The position numbers and the translations under genes are program-made. From positions 38,812,001 to 38,876,000 of the forward strand of contig JAGIQG010000012.1 of NCBI GenBank assembly GCA_024679065.1: a stretch of 64,000 nucleotides of DNA, in the 5' to 3' direction. The notes under the pieces are model-generated. The model did not search any database. It had not been told where the DNA came from and worked only from the letters and a program-made list of their open reading frames with translations. Each line of letters starts with the position of its first letter. Position 1 is the stretch's first letter. This document shows positions 13,042 through 24,485 of this stretch, piece after piece. This stretch comes from Sphyrna mokarran. Lineage: Eukaryota.

Positions 13042-13096
13042 ATGTCTCGCCGCAAGCAAGGCAACCCTCAGCACTTGAGTAAACGGGAATTTTCAC
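13042..13096 (+). CDS. BCL11A: BCL11A coding exon 1 (55 nt; MSRRKQGNPQHLSKREFS plus 1 nt)
   Basis: N-terminal MSRRKQxxP NuRD/RBBP4-binding motif; BCL11A-type SKREFS; phase-1 donor GTGAGT at 13097. Too short for the ORF track. Confidence 0.97.
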
Positions 13097-13494
13097 GTGA
13101 GTAGCTTTTTTTGGGGGGGGGGGAAATTTTTTTTTTCTTTCTTGTTTGTTGTTACTTTTCTTCTCCTTCCTCCTCCTCACCACCCCCCCCACCGATTTTT
13201 CTTTTTTCTTCAAAAAAAATTAAATTGTGAAAAAGGGAAGAGAGAAAAATCAAAGCTGGTGGTTGCTCTCTTAGGAAAGTGGAGGTAGTTTAGTGAGGGA
13301 AGGTGGTAGAGGTGGGGGGGGGGGTGAGGGGGCAGTGAGCGCCGGGCTGTCCGGACCGTTTGACAGCAAGTGGCCGGAGAGAGGGAGCGGGACAGCGGCT
13401 GTGGTCCGAGACACCCCCCTTCCTCCTCCCCAGCCCGCGCCTGTTTCAGCTGCAGCTCTCTCCCCTCCTTTCCTCCTCACAAACTCCTTGTCCG

Positions 13495-14798
13495 AAAGTC
13501 CGGACACTCTCCCCTTCTCAAGCCGGCGGACACACTCTCTCCTCAGCCCCGCTCCGGACACACTCTCCCTTCTTCAGCCCCGCTCCGGACACTTTCCTTC
13601 CCTCTTCAGCCTCGCTCCGGACACTCAGCCTCGCTCCGGACACTCTCCTTCCCTCTTCAGCCCCGCTCCGACACTCTCCCTTCCCTCTTCAGCCCCGCTC
13701 CGGACACTCTCCCTTCCCTCTTCAGCCCCGCTCCGGACACTCTCCCTTCCCTCTTCAGCCCCGCTCCGGACACTCTCCCTTCCCTCGTCAGCCCCGCTCC
13801 GGACACTCTCCCTTCCCTCTTCAGCCCCGCTCCGGACACTCTCCCTTCCCTCTTCAGCCCCGCTCCGGACACTCTCCCTTCCCTCTTCAGCCCCGCTCCG
13901 GACACTCTCCCTTCCCTCTTCAGCCCCGCTCCGGACACTCTCCCTTCCCTCTTCAGCCCCGCTCCGGACACTCTCCCTTCCCTCTTCAGCCCCGCTCCGG
14001 ACACTCTCCCTTCCCTCGTCAGCCCCGCTCCGGACACTCTCCCTTCCCTCGTCAGCCCCGCTCCGGACACTCTCCCTTCCCTCTCAGCCCCGCTCCGGAC
14101 ACTCTCCCTTCCCTCTTCAGCCCCGCTCCGGACACTCTCCCTTCCCTCTTCAGCCCCGCTCCGGACACTCTCCCTTCCCTCTTCAGCCCCGCTCCGGACA
14201 CTCTCCCTTCCCTCTTCAGCTTCGCTCCGGACACTCTCCCTCCCTCTTCAGCTTCGCTCCGGACACTCTCCCTTCCCTCTTCAGCCCCGCTCCGGACACT
14301 CTCCCTTCCCTCTTCAGCCCCGCTCCGGACACTCTCCCTTCCCTCGTCAGCCCCGCTCCGGACACTCTCCCTTCCCTCTTCAGCCCCGCTCCGGACACTC
14401 TCTTCCCTCTTCAGCCCCGCTCCGGACACTCTCCTTCCCTCTTCAGCCCCGCTCCGGACACTCTCCCTTCCTCTTCGCCCCGCTCCGGACACTCTCCCTT
14501 CCCTCGTCAGCCCCGCTCCGGACACTCTCCCTTCCTCGTCAGCCCCGCCCGGACACCTCCCTTCCCTCGTCAGCCCCGCTCCGGACACTCTCCCTTCCCT
14601 CGTCAGCCCGCTCCGGACACTCTCCCTTCCCTCTTCAGCCCCGCTCCGGACACTCTCCCTTCCCTCTCAGCCCCGCTCCGGACGGACACTCTCCCTTTCC
14701 TCTTCAGCCCCGCTTCCGGACACTCCCTCCCTCTTCAGCCCCGCTCCGGACACACACTCTCCCTTTCTGAGCCCCGCTCCGGACACTCTCTCAGCCCC
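13495..14798. repeat. 33-bp tandem minisatellite, about 40 copies, in intron 1
   Basis: Unit CAGCCCCGCTCCGGACACTCTCCCTTCCCTCTT; 11-aa periodicity in the ORF track; homogeneous centre with degenerate edges. Confidence 0.97.
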
Positions 14799-15360
14799 GG
14801 TACTTTCCAACCCTGCCGGCGGCTCGATTGATCCCCTGCCACCGCCCTGCCAAAGGGCATCAGTCCGCTGTCCGAGGGCACATCTCCCTCTCTCCATCCC
14901 TCCTTCCTCCCTCCCCACACTTTTAGCCGCCGTAACTTTTTTTTAATATTATTTACCCGCTCAACTTCGCCTTCCCTCCTCTTCACTATATTTTTTTGGA
15001 AGGTTTTCAAAAACGCTGCAAGTAGATTGTGATTGGGAAAAATCTCGTGCTGAATGTTTACAACAAGCTGCAGCTCCGCGTGTGCGGAAACCTCATGGAG
15101 AAAGCCGCCCGCCCCGCTCTGCCCTGCACCGCCAATCCTCCCGGCTCCGATACTCATTCAAACACCGAATTAACTCCCCGGCTTAACCCCTCTGATCGCC
15201 CAGCTTCCCCTGGCCCGGTCACACGCCGGGTCTCTCTTCCCGGGGGTGGGTGAGGGGGGAGCTGGGCTGGAAGCGGCTCCTTCTCCGGGACACGTGTAAC
15301 CGAGCAGCCCGGAGACAGCGTCCCGCAGCCTGGGAGAGAGGAGGGGGAGGGGGTGGGGGC

Positions 15361-15595
15361 GAGGCGTCCCGGGCATCGAGAGCCGAAAGAGAGGGTCCCG
15401 AGAGAGAGAGAGAGAGAGGGCGAGGGTCCCGGGCACCCAGAACCGAGCCCGGGGGAAAGAGTGCGAGGGTTCTGTGCACCAAGAGCCCGGAGAAAGAGAG
15501 GGGTCCCGGGCACCGAGAGCCGTGGAGAGGATCCCGGGCACTGAGACCCTTCTGGGGGGGGGGGGGGGAAGGTCCAGGGTCCCGGGCAGCGAGAG
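15361..15595. repeat. Interspersed degenerate GAGGGTCCCGGGCA(C)CGAGA motif cluster
   Basis: TCCCGGGCA occurs at 15367, 15427, 15504, 15532 and 15580. Confidence 0.7.
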
Positions 15596-18500
15596 TCTGA
15601 AAGCCCGGGGGTTGGGGGAGTGGGGGGAGCTGGTGGTTGAGGTCCTGGGGAGGAGAGGCGAGCTTCCCTGGGGTGTTGGGGCCGGGGCTCACAAGGAAGT
15701 TAGTTCCCCACATTGCCCGGGGTCAGGCAGTTTTCCAATTTTATTTTAGATTTTGTTGGGGGAAACCCGCCTGTTTCTTGTCAGATTCTCCAGTGTTGCC
15801 ATCAGAATGCGATCTGATGGGAATTCACAATGAAATTTTCCGAGGCAGGGGAATGGGTCGGCGCTGGCGGGCCAGACAAAAGGATTACCTGGCGAATAAA
15901 GTGCAGTCGCCTTCAAAAAAGTGGGAGTTTCCCTCGCGTTTTTTTTAATTTTCCTAATTCAAAAGTGCCGTGAACGGGATAGTGAAGTGCAAAATAAGGA
16001 GGAGTAAAATGTGATTCCATTTGCCAATAAAAATCATTGACTTTTGGCTTTCTAAAGATTTATGTTTGAGAAAGTCCAGGTTAGATTGTGTAAATGTAGA
16101 AGAGTATTGTACTGCTCGGTTCTTGAAGGGAGATGTCAAGTTGTTTAATGGATGGGGGTGGGGGACAGCGCAGTTGGTTTGTGTCGCTAGGAGGCAGAGT
16201 AACCTCAGGAACAAGTCCAGACTGCAACCTGTATACGTTTCAACAGTATTTCCTCTCGACGACTCACATTTCTTTATGTGCCTCACCTCCCAGAAAAATA
16301 ACCGAAAGATACTGAACTCCCCCTCTCCCTTCCCAAAATACTCTTTGCTTCAATGGCCGTTTTCCATACGATGATCTCCCAGGTAAAGAAATCTTTTTGA
16401 TACTAAACTTTACCTGCATGAAGGTTCATATGTACTAGCCCCAAATTTCACTGCTTTAAGAGGTATCAAACATCGAATAAAAACAATTTTTTTTTACAAT
16501 TGCAATGTCATCCATCCTCTTTCCACAAACGATAAGAATCGTGGAGTAAAAGGGAATTTGTTTTTTTAAAATCAATATAGGTACTATTACAATACAAAAA
16601 CAAAGTTTGTTCAGTAATGGCAGCCGGTTGTTTGTCGTGGGGATATTTTGCTTTGACCCACGTGTGTGGAGTGCGGTGATTCCCGGTTGTTTTATTATTG
16701 TGGGGAAGTACTTTGAAACAAAACACAAGCCCGGAACAATGAGGATGTCTGGAGCTACAGCTCCAAACCAAAGTGTTGGCGTGTTAAGACTCAGTACTCC
16801 CGCTCTCTCCCAACACTTGCAGAGATTTCACATCGCACTTTATCTTGTTTGTAACGTTATTGCCATTTGCAAACCTCTTCTCAAACCGACACTTCCCTAC
16901 AGTTTTGCGAGTGACATTTGTATGAAAATCGAGTAAGGCTTCCAACAGTTCGCAGCAAGCCGGTCCAGCGATAGTTGCGGACGCTTCTATTCAGATAGGA
17001 AAATACATCGCGATATTGTTTGGATAGATTTTGACAGCTGAAACTCGAGACTTTATTGGGAACACATTACTATGCTAGTACTTTTTTCGCGGATTTATTG
17101 AGAGCTGAAAGTAATAATGTTGAAGCCGCTTGACTCGACTGTATGTATATCTGTTTGAATTACATCCCGTGAATTTCTTCCTTATCTTAAAATACAACGA
17201 ATTAAAATAACCGAAAGGGAGCCCAAACTCTCTGACAGCGTAAATATATTTCTTCGCATGATTTGAAACGGATAGTTTCCACTTTTACATTGTCCAGAAC
17301 AACACACCATTTTTGTTTCTGAGCCCCATATTAAAGCCCAAAATCACCCTTCTCGAAGTGGTACCATATAAACCCAGTACAAGTAGCAATAAAATTACAT
17401 CTTCAAATGCATCGAAGTGTAGAATTCTAATACTCGAGGCAATAAAGCTGTTAACTTGGTGAATGGATAGCCCATCGATTCTGTAATTCAGTGTATATGT
17501 ATACACATTCTTCTGCATATTTATGATAACATGCTTCACTATTTCACATTCATTGCAAAAATATGTAGGACTAATCACTTGGATTAAGGTGCATAACTCA
17601 TTTAGTATTTTGTGATTTAAAATGAAAAAGTGATTTACTATATGTGGATGCTTCTTTCTTGCGGTGTCACCACGCCATCGGTTAATATGAATTCAAATCT
17701 ATGTGTCACTTGAAAATAAAATGAGGTTTTTTTCTCAATCAGTATTGAAATCTCAGAAAATCATGACAAATAACTGAAATAAAGCTGTAATCTTTCTTGC
17801 CCCTTCTTCACAAGCCTCTGTGTTAAATAAGCTTAAAAATAAAGTTTGCAAGATCATTCTTCTACAATTATATTTCTCCCAAAGTGCCAGCGAAATTCTA
17901 ATCAATTGTCTTGATTTGTCTATATAAATTTCCATTACAAGCAGACATGAATTTGCACTTTAATATGATGTTTTGAATTTTAAATTTTGTTTGATTTGTA
18001 AAATGTTTTTGAGCATTAGTTTTGATGGCTGTGTCACAACTGGTTACTAGATGAATGTGAGGATAAGGAAGGTGTATTCACATTTGGTCTAATTAGGAGT
18101 TATGAAAAGGATATCGTTAGGTGGTTGCAATTCTCAATACCAAGGAATAAATTTGACTGGTACTGATCAAATTCCTTTAGTTGCCAAAATGTTTAATAAA
18201 CTTGTATAGTCTGTTATTGTGGAACTAAAATCTTGGTGTGATTCTTTGCGATATCAGGTAATCAAAACCAATTTGTTAGCTTTCCTTGGAAAAGGGCTGC
18301 AAGTGGTTGTAAAGGGAGGGCAGCTTTTCCAATGCTATTAACATTTATGGTAAAATATTAATAAATTAATGCTTTTGTTCAGTGCAGCTAAGTGTCAGAG
18401 AAGGTATTTGGGCTCCCACCAAGAGGCTTTAACAAAGGGAGGAAGAGAGGCAATAGCTTCTGTCACAAAGCCCATCCTTGGCATGTAGGGCTATGTAATG

Positions 18501-19047
18501 TAAAGCTACCAGCTGTTTGGAACGAGCACTAAAACTGAAATAATCAAGCCAGTTCCTCTGAGCCGAACAAACCCCTTTATTTCTACAACATTAAAATAAT
18601 TAAAAATAATTTTGAGGAGGAGAAAAGCAACTGAAAAGTCTCCTCTTGCTCTAATACCACTACACTTTAAATGTACTCGGCCTTTCCCAAAGCAATCAGG
18701 TCAGTTATAAGGGAATTGTGAAGTAACACCACGTATAAAACAATTACTCATTTTTCATTGGCACGTTTTACTGTTTGTGATAAAGAGGATGCGATCTTAA
18801 TCAGATACTGCTATCCCTAAAACTTCTGTGCTTTTGTACATAAATTGCCATACACTAAGTTTTCTGGAAAAGCCGCACAGTTCAGCAGGACAGAGACCCT
18901 TCCCTCCAAATACAGCCTCTCATATTCATTCTGTTATTGATATAGCCCTATGGGGAAAGTTGAGGAAGAAAGATTAAAGTTGTTTGTTGAGAAGAATTGT
19001 CTGATTTTTTTTTTGCTTTTTTTTCCCCCCCTGTTCCTCTACTGTAG

Positions 19048-19380
19048 CTGATTCCCTGGAAGCCATTCTCACAGATGAAGAAGAGGAACATGGCACCTTG
19101 GGAGCCCCTGAGGGTGACCACGACCTCCTTACCTGCGGCCAGTGTCAGATGAATTTCCCACTGGGAGACATTCTGATCTTTATTGAGCACAAAAGGAAGC
19201 AATGCAATGGCAGCCTCTGCTTGGACAAAGCTGTGGATAAGCCACCATCACCGTCTCCCAGTGAGCTGAAAAAGGCATCCACACCTGTCGAGGTTGGCAT
19301 ACAGGTCACACCAGATGATGATGATTGCCTTTCTACATCATCGAAGGGAGTTTGCCCCAAACAGGAAAGCACAGCGGCAG
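19048..19380 (+). CDS. BCL11A: BCL11A coding exon 2 (333 nt), C2HC zinc finger ZnF0
   Basis: Polypyrimidine tract and AG at 19046-19047; joins exon 1 in frame as [71 protein letters not shown]...CPKQESTAA; donor CAG|GTAAA at 19381. Confidence 0.98.
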
Positions 19381-19524
19381 GTAAAAAATACCAAACACAA
19401 TATCAAACCAAACAAACATCCATACACAAACAGAAATAAGCAGAGAAAAACACAAACCTTGTTGTATCCCTTTTTCCCCCTGTTTTTGTTTTAATCAGAG
19501 TGCTGCTGCTAGTCCCTGAGTTTC

Positions 19525-19812
19525 TATCAGCTGTCAGCATTTGCACTGTAATTAAACATAGCCCCTTGGCAAAATGACATGGGTGACCTTGACTTTAAGA
19601 TGCCATTTATACTCGCCAGGCCAGAGTTAAGAGGGCAGTTGCTGAAGCGCACAGACATGCTTATTCGAAAGTTTAAGGGCATGTTAGAAATTTCAAAGGT
19701 TGGTTTGACAGGAAAGGCCACTCGATGCACCAAGTCTCCTCAGTGGAATGATAAATGCCTCTCGCTTTCTCTCTGTTTTGTGATGTGGTTCTGACAGATG
19801 TATCTTGATTTT
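19525..19812 (+). promoter_or_regulatory. Probable conserved non-coding element at the start of intron 2
   Basis: TGTAATTAAACA...TGACCTTGACTTTAAGATGCCATTT...GAGGGCAGTTGCTGAAGCGCACAGACATGC...TGACAGATGTATCTTGATT resembles human BCL11A intron 2 as I recall it; contains homeodomain, nuclear-receptor (TGACCTTG) and YY1-like motifs. Confidence 0.6.
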
Positions 19813-22800
19813 TCTTTCTACTGTGGTTTCTCCTGCTACATTTCACCCTCTTATGCTTTCTCTGTTTCTCTGTCACTGCATGAGTGTTGCTCTTTCTATC
19901 TCTTTCTCTCTTTTTTGTTTGCGTCTGACTCTCCTCTTCCTATCTTTCTCTCTCATTCTCCTGATGTCAAATCAAAATTTACCAAATTTTACTTACTTAA
20001 GAGTTCTTGCAGAAATTCCAGTTTATCTTTTGAGTGGTTAAATTTAGTCTTTCTTTAAATTTGATTATTATTTTTGTAGTTAATTATCCAGAATATTGGT
20101 AGCAAAAATAGCAATGTATAAATTTAAACCATTATCCATTTGAGTTCATATTGAGTGTAAATTATCACTGTTACAGTGCTCAGTTCTCTTAACTCTGATA
20201 TGAAATAATCAAATCTCTGTAAATTCCTTTTGCTAGTGCTTTGTGATAGGAAATAAAGAAATTAAAATAGAATGAATTATTCCTTGTTTTTAACAAAAAT
20301 GTTTTTAATTTGGGGAAAAATTATAGAGCTTAGAATAAATGTGTGTCATGATTCCTTGTTGCTGAGTCGTCATTGGAAATCTTATTTTCCTTTTATTAAA
20401 AATATTAAGTCTGTATGCACATTAGTTACTTAACCACTGAAGCTGTATTAAATCTAATTTCATTATAATAATTTATAATTGCTTAATCAAAGATGCAAAA
20501 TCACAAAAAAACTCCAATATAGGAATGTATTTCAGATATTTATTTAATGATATGTAATTATATAGGAAGATATCCAGCACACACTTACAGGAGAAAAATG
20601 CTTTATTTTGATTGAAAATGTAATTCAGGCTTTTACCTCCTTCAGTTGCCTCTTTTTGTTCACTGTTTAGATAAATTATGTTTCTACTTTTTCTCTGAAG
20701 ATTTAGTGGGTTGCATTATCATTCCAATAAATGTGAAGCTTCTGTATTGCAGTGAGAAGCGAGTTAGAGATTCTTTGAGGGGACAAATAATACAGCAACC
20801 ATTTATATATGTTGTCTGAGATATGAAGGAAAATGAATACAAATACAGAGCATGATTAATGAATCAGGAGTCTGGCGGAAGGGGCTTCTAGCCTTTAGAG
20901 ACTGAAAAAGCCATGCTAAATCGCCAAATATGGAGTATTGCTTAAGTGATGCAACCTCCTATTTACATATTGAGAAGAGCAGCTCAAAAGACATACCACA
21001 CAAATACCGTCAAACAAATGTGATCTAGATTGCTCAGAATGGACCCTGAAAGTCTAGAGTGCGCAGTAGATTTATGTGCATTGGAAAAGCACAGATATGC
21101 AGTAGGACAACAGGCGGTCACACTCACAAATAGGGTGTATTTAATATATATATATATATCTATATAGTATATATGATGCTTGATTCGCATGAGAAATGGA
21201 AAGCAAATAATGTTGCCTTGAGATGTGTGTTTTTGGGAGTTAAATGGTGGAAGATATTTTGTTCAATCAGTATCGCTCAATTATTATTCAAAATTGTAAA
21301 TATTTGAAAATTCTGTAACAAAATTCTATAATGTGCCCTTTAATAATTTTTATATTTTACACAGTAACCGTGTGTCTACACATATGCTAGAGCTCCCTGT
21401 CCTGGCACTAAGTAATAGAAAAGTTAAAATTGTTTCTCTTGATTAATTTGTTGTAATTTTACAGCCCACGTTCACAAACTTGTTTTTTCTGTCTGTGATG
21501 ATAATGTGCTTTCATTTTACTAAAGGATCCCTGAGAAATTGTTAGTATTCTGACCAAGTTGTCATGTTCAAGTTTGTCATTGCCAGTTGTGGAAGATTGT
21601 AAAGGAAGTGCAATCATGGGCTTTTTCATTACATTAAACAGATTGACCATTAAACAGTTTATTTATTGCCCATTTTGATGGTGGTGGTGAGCTTTGTAGT
21701 GTACACGGTGTGTTTATTCTTCAGTGATGTAGGAAATAAACATTGTATTTTTGTTACTTTAACAAACTTGACAATAGATTGTGCTTTACTTTGATAAATC
21801 AGGTTAGATGAAAGTTTTATTGTATTTTCAGCTTTGTAAAAAATTAGAAGCAAGGCTGGCTGCCTAATGTGGTACATCATTTGTTAGCCAGGGTAATCAG
21901 CCACTGTCTTAGGATACCATCCTAGCCAGAAGCGTCTGCACTCCGTTCTCTTTGTTGTAATTAGCTAATTGACAAATATGAAATTAAGTGACGAGTTTAT
22001 TTTATATATTATTCAGTTTTAAAAAGTTGTCAAAAGAATTGCATTATGTAGCAGATAATTTACCATCTGAATTTTTATATTCATATTGGCAAGCCTTTGT
22101 GAAATAAAGGCATTTAGTGCCTAGTCGGCCATTTCCTGGCACCACGCCATTTCTTTCCCTAAAGCTCGAAGCACTGGGCATCTTGAGCGTTCAACATCGT
22201 GCTCTATGCTGGTTACGTATTGAACACTGGTTCAACAGTACTGACCAGGGCCACTGGCTTCTTCTCATTTTATGATGTTTTTTTTCTCTCATTGATTTGG
22301 CACCAGTGTCTTGACATGTTCCTTATTCAGTGTCTGAGAGACACCTTGGCACGGGAAAGAGCAAGGTGCAGAGTGGATGAGGTCAACCTAGATCCCAGCA
22401 GGGTTTTAGTGTTCTTCATTTGCCTTTACAATCAGAGCTCAATTATCAAGCCTGAGTGTGGCCCTCAGGTGTGAGCTCAGATGGGATCATGTAAATGTCC
22501 TGTGAGATGCGATGCTGTAATATTAATGTTATTCATGAGTGCACAGTAATATTGTTCTGCACTGGAAGTGGCAGCTCTGGGTATGCCACCTTTTGGGAAA
22601 TGGGCACGGCCCTTTTTTTAATAGAAAGAAATAAGAATTCTCCTGCAACGTTTCACGGTCGTATGATGAATGTTGATGAACAATAAATAAATTGCAATTT
22701 GCAGCACATTGCCAATTTTTTTTGCTAGATTGCAAGTTGTCAGCAGTGTTTGTTATAGTGCTGTCTACATTTGTATCTGAACAGTAAGATGCTTTACGAG

Positions 22801-24289
22801 AGAAGGCACCCAAATTCAAACCACATTTGAAAATAATCATTCTGATCATTACTTTAATATTTTTAATATATATTTCCTTAAACTAAACAACTGTCGTCTG
22901 TGTTGGCTGAAAAACATGATGCCAATTAGCTGAAGCTCATTCAGCGTGACGTTAACACATTCTGTAAGACTCTGAACGCATATTTAACTGGGAAGTTGTG
23001 CCATTTTTTATGACAGTTTAATGTAGTATCAAAATAAGCCAATGAATCGTTTCAATAATGAGGAGAATATTATTTGATCTTCCAAATAAACAGTGACTGC
23101 AGCCTTAATATGTACGTGGGGGAAGGGAGAAGAAACAGGAGAAGCGGATTTTCTTGTTGTGCATTATAAAGACAAATAGTTTGAATCAGCTCTCAATATC
23201 AGTTAACTATTAATATTGAATGCTGATTTTAATAGAAGACCTGTTACCTGCTTTATGCATTTGATTGTGGCATGGTCCAATATGGAAAGCCATCATTGTT
23301 CTTTAAGCTGAGAAATCGGTTGGCTTGGATTGGCAGTGAGAAAGATGGAGAGACTGAGATCAACTCTGTTCTAGATATTTGGAGAATGAAGGGTTATTGC
23401 ATGGTGAGCTCCTGTCCTTGAGAAACTGCCTTATTCTTGCAATGTCATTAATGTACAAGAGCAGCAGAAAATTTAGAATGGATGCCTATGAGTATCATGC
23501 TCTCAACTTGTGGATTTTCTTTTGAAATTCAGAAATGATTGTTGCTATTTTGTTGGTGTAATTGCTTGCCATTTCCTTCTCATTTCCACAGTTCTCTTTT
23601 TGGGTTGGTGATTTGTGGAATTCCATGATAAAACCTAATAGAAAATAACATCATTGGAGCAAAATATCACAGGGTATAAACATTTATGCGTTCACAAATT
23701 AACTGTCAAAGAATTGTGAAAAATTTACACTCTTTTATTTAAACCATTGCAGTATCTGCTTACTTTACTGCCTGCCTTCCAGCATTTATCTTGCTAAATA
23801 TCCTGATAAAATTACGGGACGTGTACTGGAAGGTGTTAGGCACTGAATGAGTGAGGTATGGGATGGTCATGAATATGTTAGTACACCTAACATAAAGCAA
23901 AAAATTGAAATTTATTTGTCCTTGGTGCATGTTGTTGTGGAGATACTCCTATCAAATGCTCAGTGGTTGTAAAGTGATAGTGCAACAATCTATGCTGTAG
24001 TCTTATCATGACTGTAACAGCAGTTTTCGAGTAAGCTAATTGCCTTTATATTTAATATATAGAAATGTGTATGTGGGACACATTGTTAGATATTTTGTCA
24101 GGATTCTGAATGGAAGTTGGGATCCGTGGATGCCAATGTAATTGTTCTGGTGTTTTTATTGTTCCTATGCTTTGGCTTGACGATCCTTGCTTGTAGAAAG
24201 CTTAGATTAACAGACCTAATATTTTTGTCATTAAAAAAACTTAAAGAAATGGCTTAGAATAACCTGCACTTCCTGGATGAATCTTGCTG

Positions 24290-24485
24290 NNNNNNNNNNN
24301 NNNNNNNNNNNNNNNNNNNNNNNNNNNNNNNNNNNNNNNNNNNNNNNNNNNNNNNNNNNNNNNNNNNNNNNNNNNNNNNNNNNNNNNNNNNNNNNNNNNN
24401 NNNNNNNNNNNNNNNNNNNNNNNNNNNNNNNNNNNNNNNNNNNNNNNNNNNNNNNNNNNNNNNNNNNNNNNNNNNNNNNNNNNNN
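24290..24485. other. Assembly gap (196 N)
   Basis: Run of N. Confidence 1.

Noticed and set aside
13293-14946. Three overlapping 466-528 aa ORFs (and minus-strand ORFs) with 11-aa repeats
   Set aside because: Artefact of a 33-bp unit with no stop codon in the + frames; non-ATG starts; located in an intron.
13495-15600. CRISPR-like appearance of 33-bp repeats and spaced motifs
   Set aside because: The 33-mers are contiguous with no spacers, the downstream motifs are irregularly spaced, there are no cas genes, and the context is vertebrate.
13042-19380. Identification as BCL11B
   Set aside because: [37 protein letters not shown] and the UTR are BCL11A-type.
19098-19439. 113-aa ORF as a standalone gene
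   Set aside because: It is BCL11A exon 2 read from an internal TTG into the intron; true limits are 19048-19380.
19579-19794. 71-aa ORF inside the conserved block
   Set aside because: No domain similarity; better explained by regulatory or splicing constraint unless codon-level conservation is shown.
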